Source: Octopus sinensis
Taxonomy: Eukaryota
Direction of reading: 5' to 3'
DNA: 64,000 nucleotides
Assembly: GCF_006345805.1 (NCBI RefSeq)
Contig: NC_043010.1
Location: 27,342,001 to 27,406,000, forward strand
Part shown: piece after piece, positions 26,702 through 40,860 of the stretch
Position numbering within the stretch: the stretch's first letter is position 1
Layout of the letters: every line of letters begins with the position of its first letter
Translations under genes and position numbers: made by a program
Notes under the pieces: generated by a model
The model's input: the letters and a program-made list of their open reading frames with translations, nothing else
Told to the model about the DNA's origin: nothing
The model's database searches: none

Positions 26702-28364
26702 GTATACATATATGTGTATATATATATATACATATATATATATATAAATATTTATATATTCAGACAAACATATATACATACACATACATACACACGCATA
26801 TATAAAGACACACACGTACACACATACATGCATACATTACATATATACATATATATCAAATCGATATTGACAATATATCAATACACATATATTGAGATTG
26901 ATGATGGGGCTGAGGCTATTATTATGCGTAATTTCAAAGACAGCGACTATGACGCCCGCGGCATCAAATTAATTTCCTACCGTCCTTATTCTCATTACCG
27001 ACGAGGAGATCATTCTCTAAAGAGTTACGATGAATATTTCACTAATGTCGGAGAAATGTCAATCATCTATCAAAAAATGAAAGCCATTAGCTGTCTTTGG
27101 CAAGTTCCAGCCGTCAATGCATCTCTCCAGATTTCCCCATCCCGCTCCCCCCGCTTTCTGCCTCATTCACCATTTCACCTTGATTCACGTCTATATACTC
27201 CTCCGACACTGCTTCCTTGTTTTATCTATCTCTCTCTCTACGCTTATAAGTCACTATAGGTGCTAGATTATTGCTGTTCTCATTCCGCTCAACTATTTCC
27301 CCGTTTCTCCTCCATTTCCTTCCGTTCCACCCCACTTCTCTCCAATCTACATTTACGTCAGAAATGTTAGGTTCTATGTCAACCTGAGGAAGTCTTGTAG
27401 AAATCATGGCTGCACAGATTCTTTAGTTTTTCTGACATCATAACAAATTAAGTTGTTAATTTTGGATATGTCTTTTATTTTTTAGTTATTTCAATAAACA
27501 GACTGCGGCCGCGCTGGAGCACTGCCTTCAAGAATTTTAGTTGAACGAGCCAACCCCAATACTTACTTTGTTTAAAGTCTGCTGCTTATTCTATCGAAAC
27601 GCTAAGTTACGGGGATGTAAACACACCAACACCGGTTGTCAAACGGTGGTGGGAATCAAACACACACACACACACGCACAAATACAAACACAAGCACAAT
27701 CACACACACATACACACACACGTACACACACAGACACGTACACACACACACACTCCCACATGAATATATACGACGAACTTCTTTCAGTTTCCGCCAACCA
27801 AATTCCCTTTGGTTGGCCCGTGGGCATGGTAGAAGACACTTGCCCCAGGTGCCACGCAGAGGGACTGAAGCTAAACCAAATGGTTGGAAGCAAGCCTGTT
27901 ACCACACAGCTAGGCCTGCACCTATATATGGTAAGACCGGCCACGCAGAGGTAGTTTTATCCAAAAGATCTGCATTCCAACGGTGTCTAAACCATTTTTT
28001 CAAGATCATATTGTTAAACGTGTTCTTTTTTCTTTTACGATTGTAGGGTATCATTTGAAGAAAAGTTGGCTGATGTTTCTAGCAGATGAAGCAACAACTT
28101 AAAGATCCATGTTTGTCACGTCTATTTTGTTTTCGGCACTGCATTATAGGCGCAAGCATGGCAGTGTGGTAAGAAGCTTGCTTCCTAACAAGATAGTTCC
28201 CTGTTCAGTCCCTCTGCGTGGCACCTTGGACAAGTGTCTTCTACTATAGCTTCGGGCCTTAGGCCTCAGACCAACCAAAGCCTTGTGAATAGATTTGGTT
28301 GACGGAAGCTGAAAGAACACCGTCGTATATATATATATATATATATATATACGACGGTGTTCTT

Positions 28365-28441
<77 letters not shown>

Positions 28442-28445
<4 letters not shown>

Positions 28446-28755
28446 GAGGCGCAATGGCCCCAGGGGTTAGGGCAGCGGACTCGCGGTCATAGGATCGCGG
28501 TTTCGATTCCCAGACTGGGCATTGTGAGTGTTTATTGAGCGAAAACACCTAAAGCTCCACGAGGCTCCGGCAAGGGGTGGTGGCGATCCCTGCTGTACTC
28601 TTTCGCCACAACTTTCTCTCACTCTTTCTTCTGTTGGCCTGCTCACTTAGCCAGTGGGGTGGCGTCATGTGAAGGCTAAAACAATGCAAAGTGCATTGTG
28701 ACCGGCGATGTGTAACAACATCTGGTAGCCTGGTCGGCCACGACGATCACGGTGA
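28442..28755 (+). mobile_element. family B SINE with an alternative tail
   Basis: Same head as 2158. The tail matches ~13430-13560 instead of the tails of the 2158 and 30987 copies. Confidence 0.8.
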
Positions 28756-28763
28756 TATATATA

Positions 28764-28829
<66 letters not shown>

Positions 28830-28996
28830 ATAATATATATATATATATATGATATATATATATATATATATATATGATATATATATATATATATATATAA
28901 TATAATATATATATAATATATATATATATATATTATATATATGATATATATATATAATATATATAATATAATATATATATAATGATATATATATAT

Positions 28997-29030
<34 letters not shown>

Positions 29031-29083
29031 GGAGATGTACTCGCATAGCAAGTAATTTGATCTGAGATCGTGTGCTGAAACGA

Positions 29084-29366
29084 AAACAATTGCAGCGTGG
29101 AAGGTGATTATAAGCCATTTAAGAAACACACAAAAGCCGTTCGATTCACTTCAACATTTAAGTTTAATTTGTAAAAATATTTTCGTCGCTAAAATCCGCG
29201 ACTGTTCACTGACAAAGTCCGTGCTGCACGGACTTGTCAGTGAACAGGTCGCGGATTTTAGCGACGAAAATATTTTGACAAATTAAACTTAAATGTTGAA
29301 GTGAATCGAACGGCTTTTGTGTGTTTCTTAAATGGCTTATAATCACCTTCCACGTTGCAATTGTTT
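29084..29366. mobile_element. ~283-bp near-perfect palindrome of a PLE-type pLTR in (TA)n
   Basis: Centre GTCCGTGC-T-GCACGGAC at 29225. Arms are ~140 bp with few mismatches. Confidence 0.85.
29234..29281 (+). ncRNA. minimal hammerhead ribozyme motif, G3-C8 variant (mirror copy 29169-29215 on -)
   Basis: UUGUCA-GUGAACA-G-GUCGC-ggauuuua-GCGAC-GAAA-AUAU-UU-UGACAA. Confidence 0.7.
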
Positions 29367-30986
29367 ATATATATATGTATATTGGTAAAAACGGTAACAT
29401 AACAAAAGAAAGAAAGATACCTCAATATTATGTAAATAGAGGAATTTATCTGTAAATATATGTGACAATTATATTTACAAATATATATGTATGTATGTAT
29501 GTGTCTTTGTGTCTGTGTTTGTCCCCCACCACCGCTTGGCAACCGGTGTTGGCGTGCTTGCGTTCCATGTAACATAGCGGATCGGTAAAAGACACCAATA
29601 GAATAAGTACTGGGCTTTAAAAAAGCCCTGGGATTTATTTATCCGACTAGAACACTTCAAAGTGGTGCCCCAGTATGGCCGCAGTCAAATGACTGAAACA
29701 AGTGACAAAATATAAAAGATAAAAGATATTCAATGTGTCTCACTCTTTCTCAAGACAATATGGTGTCATTTAAGGGATATTTGGCTGTTATTTCTAGGAG
29801 GTCAAACAAGTACTTTTCAAAGCTAATAAGTTCGACGGAGTCTTAGCTAGTATTACTCGTGGGATCCCGTGATCGTTGCGATTTCCGAATAGAATAGATA
29901 CTGACGGAGTGAAAAAACAATAACCCAAACAAGCTGAACGAGGGTCAATTGTCGTCGTATATGACGTAAACCCATCAACAGACGCTGCTGGGTCAAACAG
30001 GTCAAATACTTATACATTTATTTACTTTTATAGTTGTTGTTCTTGTTGCTATTTAACCAATGAATGGTAATGGCTAGTTTTCCGATTTCTGCACGACGTT
30101 TATTTTTTGTGAGTGTATAATGATATGTGGAAATTGATGAAATAAAGTCTGTTATCAGCATATTGTTGGGAATCAAACTTCTTACCACACAGTCACTCCT
30201 GCACCTTTATTTATTTTAGTTTTGGTTTTTATCTACCTAGGACTATATTATCTAATGGAATTTCAAACTTATCTTTCTCAGCCTTGTCATAGTAAATATA
30301 TATTTACCCTGCAGTGTCTTGAAATTTAAATTACCGATTTCCAGTATTTCTCTTGCAAACTTCTCAAGGGTCTGGAGTTCACAAGTCGAGAACTGTCGTA
30401 CGATATATTGGTTTCAAATAATTTCAAATTTTGGTACAAGGTCAGCAATTTGGGAGTAGGAGGAAGCCGATTACGTCGACCTCAGTGGTCAAGTGGTACT
30501 TTATTTTATCGATTCCGAAAGAATGAAAGGCGAAGTTGACCTCGGCGGAATTTGAAATCAGAACGAAAAGACGGACGAAACGCCGCTAAGTATTTTGCCC
30601 GAGGTGCTAATAATCCAACCAACCCGCCACCCTCCATTGTACGATATATTATATATTAATTTAAAATCTTGGTGCAAGGTCAGTAATTTCTAGGGAGGGG
30701 ATAAATCGATTATATTGATCCCCGGTGCTCAACAGACACTTTATTTTACGGATTCCGAAAGATGAAAGACAAAGCCGACCTCGGTGGAATTTGAACTCAG
30801 AACGTAATAACTGACGAAATGCCATTACTCAGAGAGTGAGGTATGCTGTAAGATTTAAGGTTTGATGACTACGACTTTTTAACATTCGTCACTTAATTCT
30901 ACAAAGTCTCTGGGAAAGAACTTAACCCTTCTGGTTCTCACTCACCAGAGACAGCCCCGCGTTCTATGATACATACTTCTTCCTTT

Positions 30987-31292
30987 CGTCGCCCTTTTAA
31001 AGCCTAGCCAGGCTCATGGACCCGGTTTCCCGGTTTCTGTGGCGTATATGTTCCCTCCAGCTGGACGGGACGCCAGTCCATGGCAGCGTTACTCAAGAAA
31101 CAGGAAGAGAGTGTGAGAGAAAGCTGTGGCGAAAGTATACAACAGGGGTCGCCACCACCCCGTGCCGGAACCTAGTGGAGCTTTTAGGTGTTTTCGCTCA
31201 ATAAACACACACAATGCCTGGTCTGGGAATCGAAACCGCGGTCTCCCGACCGCGAGTCCACTGCCCTGACCACTGGGCCATTGCGCCTCCAC
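30987..31292 (-). mobile_element. family B SINE with target-site duplication
   Basis: Flanks ACTTCTTCCTTT (~30975) and ACTTCCTCCTTT (~31291). Sits inside a TTAACCCTT...AATGGTTAA-bounded segment (30921-31460), a possible piggyBac-type MITE. Confidence 0.85.
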
Positions 31293-31848
31293 TTCCTCCT
31301 TTAAACGGATCTAAATTAAAATATTTCATGAAAATTACGCGCAAATTTGTTTTAAACAACAATTTAATTATGACAAGATTATTTTACGTAATTTATTTTC
31401 AAAATAAATTGCAGAAAACGCCGAGTATCTCAAAAGAAATATGATAACGAAATGGTTAAAGTGATCTGAATTTAAACCTGCCATCAAAATTTTATGTTAA
31501 TTTATGTTCCAAACAACAGCTTTATAATGGCATGAACTGAAACAAAGGAAGTTATTTCAACAGAAATATGGTAACAGGAGAAACTCTAAATCATGGATCG
31601 ACTTCTTTATAAGAAAAGGAAGCATTGGGTACAATATATCCGAAAAACAAATACAGACAGGATGGCCACGGTTGAAACTTCTTCGGTCCAATATTTAATC
31701 AGTTCATATAAGTAATGTTTAGGAACCATTCAACCACATAAACACACACACACACACACATCAATACACACATATTCAACTGCAACGATTGTAAACCAAA
31801 CGACGTAGCCACACGCCTTCACAATAGACATATTCATATCCACAGGCA

Positions 31849-31947
<99 letters not shown>

Positions 31948-32355
31948 ACTCTTTTACTCTTTGCTTCAGTCATTTGACTGTGGCCATGCTGGAGCACTCC
32001 CTTTAGTCGAGCAAATAGACCCCAGGACTTATTCTTTGTAAGCCTAATACTTATTCTATCGGCGTCTTTTGCCGAACCGCTAAGTTATGGGGACGTAAAC
32101 ACACCAGCATCGGTTGTCAAGCGATGCTAGGGGGACAAACACACACAAACACATACACACCCACACACACAAACACACATACATATATACGACGTGTTGC
32201 TTTCAGTTTCTGTCTACCAAATCCACTCACAAGGCTTTGGTCGGCCCGAAGCTATAGTAGAAGACACTTGCCCAAGGTGTCACGCAGTGGGACTGAACCC
32301 GGAACCATGAGGTTCGTTAGCAAGCTACTTACCACTCAACCATTCCTACGCCTAT
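31948..32355 (-). mobile_element. family A SINE, complete
   Basis: Reverse complement of the 12014-12510 consensus. Confidence 0.9.
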
Positions 32356-32659
32356 ATATTCACATATATATATATACATGCATTTATAGGCATATGTACA
32401 TGTATATGTGTTTATGCAGAGAATGTTTGTGAGTATAAATAAGTGTTGTGTATGTGTGTGGAGTCACGGATACTTTAGAGACTAGATTTGTAGTTACTTA
32501 ATTCCCCACCACAGGGTGACCGTGAAATTTTAAGCTAAAAATCTCACTATCAGTTTGTATCATATTCATACATGCATACACACACGTACACAATCAAACA
32601 CATACATACATATGCATATATAGTGATATATATTCATCTATATTTATAAGTATATATCT

Positions 32660-33722
32660 CTCTCTCTTCCCCCGTCTGTCTTGATAGACAATGGGTCGCG
32701 CCAAGGGTGGGGCCTACTTTGATGATGAGCAGCGTCTGCTGTGACTGAACAGTCCAATTCTAGAGTGGTAGTCCCTGGTACAGTTGCTGCACACGAACAT
32801 CGATGGGTACGTGTGGGGTGTTGCTGCAGTTGTCCTCCTCCTGTCCCGCCTGTCCGACCACAGCTGTGCTCTCCTTTCCTCAGCCATGGAAACGCCTTTC
32901 CTCACTGTCCGACGCCAGGCAGAGCGGTCAGCAGCTGTTACCTCCCACGTGTCCACACATATGTTGGCAGTCCTCAGGTCGCGCTTGCACACATCCCTGT
33001 ATCGTAGCTGTGGACGTCCCTTGGGTCGGGATCCCGTGGTGAGTTCGCTGTACAGGATGTCTTTAGGCATGCGACCGTCCTGCATGCGGCAGACATGTCC
33101 GAGCCAGCGCAGTCGTCTCCGCACGAGGAGGGCATGCATGCTTGGCATATTAGTCTGTTCTAGGATGACTCCGTTTGGTACTCGGTCCTTCCAGGAGCTG
33201 CCAAGGATCCGTCGAAGACACCGCATTTGGAAGCCGCTGAGGCGGCATTCTTGCCGGGTGTATGTTGTCCAGCTCTCGCTGCCGTAGAGTAGGGTGCTCA
33301 GCACGCAGGCTCGGTACACTGCGATCTTGGTGGTTATTGTGAGCATGTTGTTTTCCCACACTCTCCTGGAGAGCTTAGCCATGGCAGCAGCAGCCTTCCC
33401 AATCCGTCTGTTCAGCTCCGGCTCGAGGGACAGGCTGCTGGAGACCGTCGATCCCAAGTAAGTGAACTCGTTCACCACCTGCAAGCTGTGGTCGCCGACA
33501 CTGATGCTGGGGACCCCTCCGACGTCCTGGCCCATGATCTCTGTCTTTTTCAGGCTGATGGTAAGGCTGAACTCTTGGCAGGCATCCGCCAGGGAGCTGA
33601 CCAGCCTCTGGAGACCCGGCTGGTTGTGTGATGTTAGGGCGGCATCGTCAGCAAAGAGGATCTCTCTGATCAGCACCTGACGGACTTTGGTCTTAGCTCT
33701 GAGGCGCGCAAGATTGAACATA
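32660..33722 (-). mobile_element. 5'-truncated RTE (BovB-like) LINE with an uninterrupted 335-aa C-terminal frame
   Basis: [70 protein letters not shown]. Short 3' UTR and (GA)n tail. Confidence 0.95.
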
Positions 33723-33864
33723 AGTATATATACTTATATATATATATATGTATATATGTATATGTATATGTGTATATGTATATATGTATATGTATATATG
33801 TATATGCATATGTATATATGTATATATGTATATGTATATATGTATATATGTATATGTATATATG

Positions 33865-33896
<32 letters not shown>

Positions 33897-33981
33897 CACA
33901 TACACATATATATGTATGTATGTGTGCGTAAAGCGGTCGTACATTTCTTTGTATACACAAGGTATGCTATATACTGATGTG

Positions 33982-34062
<81 letters not shown>

Positions 34063-34581
34063 ATGTATATACATACAGGCTTCTTTCAGTTTCCGTCTAC
34101 CAAATCCACTCACAAGGCTTTGGTCGGCACGAGGCTATGGTATAAGACACTTGCCCAAGGTGCCACGCAGTGGGACTGAACCCGGAACCATGTGGCTGGT
34201 ACGCAAAATGCTTACCACACGTATCTATATTCATATTTCTATGTCAATGTGTTTATTCGCTTTCCCTATCCGCACACATCCATGTATACCACAAGAATTC
34301 ATATCATTATCATCATATAATGTATTCATATCAACATACTACATCACACACACACAGATAATACGGTAACCTGTGACACACCCACAAACCTCCATATATC
34401 CTGAAACACACACATGCACATACTTAGACACATACACACACACACTCCTCCCACACGAAGCACACTCTCAAATACTTATATATACATATGGTATAATTTC
34501 CAGTTTGCATATTGGTATATATTTGTACACATATATACACACATATCCACACGTATATAAACTGGCAGGTAGACGCACAAC

Positions 34582-34616
<35 letters not shown>

Positions 34617-35205
34617 GTGTGTCTGTCTGTCTGACCCTCTCTCTCTCTCTCTCTCTCTCTCTTCCTCTACATATATATATATATCATAACATATATGTTT
34701 ATATAAATGTGTGTGTGTCTGTATGTGTGTGTTTGAATATATATATCCACACAGACACACACACACACACACACACACATATGATTTGTATTCATTATTT
34801 AATGCAACGCTTCGTACAACAAATTTTCTGTTTCTATGCGTGTGTGTGCGTGTGTATATATACAGAGAGCGCGAAAAAAAGACTGAAGGGAGAGACAGAG
34901 AGAGAGAAGGAAATTATGTATCGACATCAATATAATAGCATCCCAGTTTATAAATATATATATGTAAGCGCGTATATGTGTATGTCTATATAAGTCCATA
35001 AGTATGTCTGCCGTAGATACTTGTAAAAACATGCAAGAATAGAGTTGGGAGTAAACAAAATGATGGCGAACTGAGAAGCATCGAAATAGATTTTATTAAA
35101 ACTGAAACTTCGTGACTAGGTTTCACGGCCCCAAATACGAACGAAATTAATTACATATGGATGCAGGCACACACGCATACACTCACTCACTCACATACAT
35201 GCGCA

Positions 35206-35268
<63 letters not shown>

Positions 35269-35435
35269 CATACATATAGAGAGGGATATATGAATATATG
35301 AATATTCGTATATCAATATACATGCATATATGTGTGGGTGGGTGTATGCATGTATATAGATATAAATATAGGTAGAGATAGTTAGATATACAAATAAGAG
35401 TATATCAATATCTATGTATCTATCTATCCGCCTAT

Positions 35436-35534
<99 letters not shown>

Positions 35535-36018
35535 CATTCTTTTATCTTTTTACTTGTTTCAGTCATTTGACTGTGGCCATGCTGAAGCACCGCCTTAAAG
35601 GGTTTCAGTCGAAAGAAATCGACCCTATGACTTATTCTATCGGTTTTTGGCCAAACCCCTAAGTCGTAAACATACCAACATCGCTTTCCAAGCGATGGTA
35701 GGAGAACAAACAAAGTTACACACGTTAATACACACAAACACACACACATACATGCATACATACACACACACACTCACACAAACACATATACGACGGGTTT
35801 CTTTCAGTTTTCGTCTACCAAATCCACTCTCAAGATTTTGGTCGGCCAGAGGCTATGAAGGCCTGATTGAAGGCCCAACTTTCCGAGTTCTTTTTATGGG
35901 GTTTAGAAAAACTGAAGGACCGCTGCAATAAGTGTGTGGATCTGAGAGGGGAATATGCTGAATAAAAACCATAAGTAACTGATCCTCTTGTGTTTTCTTT
36001 TACCCAAAACTAGGAGCT

Positions 36019-36056
<38 letters not shown>

Positions 36057-36251
36057 CGTACATTTATACACAAAAGAGGTGACCCCTAACAGGACATCTT
36101 ACATGCTAGAAGGAACAATCAAAATCCAAACCAAGGTTAAGAGCAGTTTCTAAGGGGATGAAAAATAAAAACATTTTCAATAGTTACCACTTGTACCTAG
36201 GTTTTGGACATTAATGAACAAATAAACAATATGTTTATCTGTGTCCATTCA

Positions 36252-36291
<40 letters not shown>

Positions 36292-36300
36292 GAACACACA

Positions 36301-36366
<66 letters not shown>

Positions 36367-36367
<1 letters not shown>

Positions 36368-36735
36368 GGCGCAGGAGTGGCTGTGTGGTAAGTAGCTTGC
36401 TAACCGGGTTCAGTCCCACTGCGTGGCATCTTGGGCAAGTGTCTTCTGCTATAGCCCCGGGCCGACCAATGCCTTGTGAGTGGATTTGGTAGACGGAAAC
36501 TGAAAGAAGCCTGTCGTATATATGTATATATATGTATGTGTGTGTGTTTGTGTGTCTGTGTTTGTCCCCCTGGTGTGTTTACGTCCCCGTCACTTAGCGG
36601 TTCGGCAAAAAGACCCGATAGAATAAGTACTGGGCTTACAAAGAATAAGTCCCGGGGTCGATTTGCTCGACTAAAGGCGGTGCTCCAGCATGGTCGCAGT
36701 CAAATGACTGAAACAAGTAAAAGAAAAAGAAAAAA
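36367..36735 (+). mobile_element. family A SINE, complete
   Basis: Matches the family consensus. Confidence 0.9.
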
Positions 36736-36748
36736 ATATATATATATA

Positions 36749-36963
36749 TGAGAGCGTGTTGAAAAGTTCCTCGCTTTCAGGGTATGGCTGGAGGTTCAAC
36801 CGTCTGTGTTCTTTTATCGGGCTTAAGGAAAATGAAGGACCGCTGCAATAAGTGTGTGAATCTGAGGTGTGTGTGGGGGGATATGTTGAATAAAAATTAT
36901 GATTAACTGAACCTCTTGTGTTTTCTTTTAACCAAAGCCAGGAACTTTCCTGCACCTCCCCGT
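36749..36963 (+). mobile_element. mariner-derived MITE (partial second copy ~35855-36023)
   Basis: TIR-like ends TGAAAAGTTCCT.GCTTT and AAAGCCAGGAACTTT. Retains a transposase C-terminal remnant (RCNKCV..GEY.E*). Confidence 0.65.
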
Positions 36964-38950
36964 GTAAGTATATGGATGGATATAAGAGAAAGAGACAAAG
37001 GGAGAGAGAGATATGCATTTATTCAGACAGACAGACACACACGCACACAGACACACACACACACACATAAAGACACACACACACATATAAAGACACAAAG
37101 ACAAACACATACACAAAGTCACACACGTATAAATGAACACACACACATACACGAATATATACATCCGTATATGCATACATGCACACATAGATATATATAT
37201 ACTTACATGCACACAAATATACACATACACCCATTCTTACATACATACATACACACATATATACACACATACGTACATGCATACATATATTTATATACAT
37301 TCACGCATGCATACACAAACATATACAATCATGTATACATACATATATACATGCATGTATACATACATACATACGTATATACATACACACATACACAAAC
37401 ATACACACTCACACGCATGCATACATACATACATACATACATACATACATCCATACGCACATACATATTTGCATATATGTATACATACATACACGAACAC
37501 TGATAAATCTATGAAATCGATATACATTTCACAGTGTTCAATATATAAGATTATGTAGCAACTGTCTGGTAAGGTCCAGTTCCATACCCCTTTCCCTAAC
37601 CCCTATTCTCTCTTCCCTGTCTCCCTCCGGCCATCTTTCTCTCCCTCTCTTTCTCCCTCTCTTTCTCCCTCTCTTTCTCTCTCCCTCTTTCTCCCTCTCT
37701 GTGATCTTTATGTGGCCTGCTTGACCTGCTAGAAATAGCAACTGAATCTCCCTTAAATAACACCCTAACAAGTTAGAGAAAAAGGATACGTCAGATGAAG
37801 TAGATCTAAAAAAGATGGGATGGTCACGACTGGAATAAGTTTAATCAAAGATCTATTCGATCAGGGTTGATCTTATGGTTAAGCTGCAATATTTTGTGCA
37901 CATATACGCACGCACACACTCACACATACGCACACACATGAGCACTTATACATACATACACATATTCACTTATTTTTTTAATACATTTCAGCCCTAAGGC
38001 TGTTGCCAAGCTGGAGCACCGCCACATACATGCATACATACATATACATACATGTATATGCATACTTATCTCTACATACATAGATATATATACATATACA
38101 CACACTCATATACACACAGATGCATACACATATGTGCACAAGAAATTTGCAAATGCTTGTTTAGTCACATTCACACACACACGTATACACGCAGAAACAA
38201 GCATAAACATAATCACACACACAGACAAACATGCACACGAACACCAAACGCACACACACACACATAACTTCACATGCTTACATTCACATATTTGACAATA
38301 CAACTACTTATCAAACCCAAAAAGGAGATAATACAAATAATAAAAAAAGCAGAACGTATCGCATATCGAGTATCAGCTACCTACCTCATAGAAGTGCAAT
38401 CTCAGCTGCTGTCGACAATGTCCAATTAGAAAACAAGCCTTGGTTTTTAGTCGTCCGTTAGTGAAAACTGTAATGGGGATATCTCCGGCAGTTTCAGAAC
38501 TAGCGTCCGTGACGTCAATTCGTCAGTGGCGCGTGGTTGCTTTGTAGAAATCTATTGTAATGGCATCACAAGAGAGAATCTGATAGTTGTTGGTTAATAA
38601 AATTATTTCATCTTTTTATCTTTTTTTCTTTTTCTTTCCTTTTTTCTTTTTTTTTGTCTTTGCCCTTTTATCTTTCCGGAAGATGTAAGTTAGTGGTGGA
38701 AACGTAAAGGCACTAAAGCTTTAGACTGAGGTCAACTGATGCCCTCAGCTCAGCCCATTATTTATACCTCCCTGCGACTTCGAAGTGACAAGCCATTAAC
38801 ACGTAATAAATAATCGAACACGAACTAATCGATAAACAATTTCGGTTTTCTTTCAGGCCATCGATATCCAAGCCAAATGTATTTATGTATATTGAACATA
38901 AACTACCTTTTTTTATTTTAAAATTCTATTTATTTATGACAAAATACTTT

Positions 38951-39135
38951 TAATTAGGGCAACAAACGAAACAATTATAATGAGAGAAAGAAGCAAAAAA
39001 TAATCATAATTCGGGTTACAGGTTAAAAAAAAATCATACACAGGGTAACAAAATATTATAATTTAGGCAACAGGCAAAAAAGCATCATTCGGGCAACAGG
39101 TGAAAAACTGTAATTAGGGCAACAGGCAAAAAGAA
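38951..39135. repeat. degenerate ~30-bp minisatellite with TAATTAGGGCAACAGG core
   Basis: About six spaced GGGCAACA-like units. Confidence 0.6.
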
Positions 39136-40451
39136 GGCAAATTTTCGTTTTTTTCTGTTTTTTTTTTTTTTTGATTTTATTTTTCTATAGACACTGATTA
39201 AGTTGCGCCATAGTAAATCTGGAAACAAAAAAGGAAAAGGCATAACCTTGTGACGCCCCTAGTTTCATTTGGTTCCCCCAATATTTATTACTTTGCTTAA
39301 TGGTGAGTTAATCTTGGAGTGCTGTATAGGACCAGTTAAGTAGTAAAAACGATACAATGCTCTGTCTCTCTCAATCGTACGTGTAAAGGGACGAACCACA
39401 AGGATATACAACCTTCTGCTCGTGTTAGAAATATGTTTGTTTTTTTACTTTTGCCAAGGTCCATTTTGCGTTTCATATCTGCGCAGTTCAGAAGTATGAA
39501 ATGCCAGTCAGGTACTGCAGACGATAAGATCGGTTGTCTAACCAAAACTTCCGAATCCAACAAATTTCTAGTTGTATGCTTAAGTTAGAAATCATTTTCC
39601 TTTTCTTTTAAATCTTTTTGTTTGAATAGAAGGAAATGCGCTTTCCTCTTTGCAGGGTCTCTGAGACAGACGGATGGGAGAGAAGAATATATTTTTGAGC
39701 GAGCAACTTGATTTGAATGCTTGCAGCTTAAATTCTAAAGGTACTCAGTGCCAGATGGTGGAGTTAAACTGTATAACGGATTAAATATATTCTCCAACCA
39801 GGCCGTGGTTCGATTTGAACTCACAACAGGAAGAGCAGGAAAAAATACCACAAGGCATCCAGTCCGACCTTCTTACATTTCACCGGCTTGGATTGGTATT
39901 TATTTTGTATCGACCCCGAAAGCATGAAAAACAAAGCTGACTTTGGTGGGATTTGAATGCAGAGAATCGGAACAAAATACAGTGACGCATTGAGGCCCAA
40001 CGCTCAAGTACCAGGTTTAATATCAAGGTACTTGGGTTGATTCATTCGACTAAAATGTTTCAAAGTGGTGCCCCAGCATGGCCGCAGTCTAATGACTGAC
40101 ACATGTAAAAGAGATTAAAAAATAAAAGATCTATTCGTAGGACTACATTGTCCCCTGTGTTCCTTCGAAATAAAGCTGCAGGGTCTGATTTAACTCATAT
40201 AATGTCAATGTGCAGAAGAAAATTACTTGTTTTTCACTTTCAGGATATTTAGGAATTAAGCATAAACTGCAAAAAGACTGAACTTTCTTATAGAGAAAAA
40301 GACATCGGATAATATAGTCTTAGATACATTATGACTGAAAGAGAAGGAAGGGGCGCCTTTAATCCTACATCTGCTCGATCTGAACTAACCTGAGACTATT
40401 AAACAAAAATAATAACTGAAGTGTTTTTGTGCTTTTGGTGCCCTGGACTAT

Positions 40452-40860
40452 CTTACTCTTTTACTTGTTTCAGTCATTTGATTGCCGCCATGCTGGAGCA
40501 CCGCCTTTAGTCGAGCAAATCGATCCCAGGACTTATTCTTTGTAAGCCTAGTACTTATTCTATCGGTCGCTTTTGCCGAACCACTAAGGTACGGGGACGT
40601 AAACACACCAGCATCGGTTGTCAAGCGATGTTGGGGGGACAAACACAGACACACAAACATATACACACACATATATATACATATATATATATATACATAT
40701 ACGACGGGCTTCTTCCAGTTTCCGTCTACCAAATCCACTCACAAGGCTTTGGTCGGCTCAAGGCTATAGTAGAAGACAGTTGCTCAAGGTGCCACGCAGT
40801 GGGACTGAACCCCGAACCATGTGGTCTGTAAGCAAGCTACTTACCACACAGCCACTCCGA
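40452..40860 (-). mobile_element. family A SINE, complete
   Basis: Matches the family consensus. Confidence 0.9.

Noticed and set aside
26573-27259. 228-aa ORF and the many other YI/HT/CV-rich ORFs in the track
   Set aside because: They are stop-free translations of (TA)n, (CA)n and (TACA)n repeats.
29084-29366. pre-miRNA interpretation of the long hairpins
   Set aside because: Arms are too long and too perfect, are repeat-derived, and match no miRNA family I recognise.
38951-39135. CRISPR-like spaced repeats
   Set aside because: Units are degenerate, spacers are short and A-rich, the context is eukaryotic and there are no cas genes.
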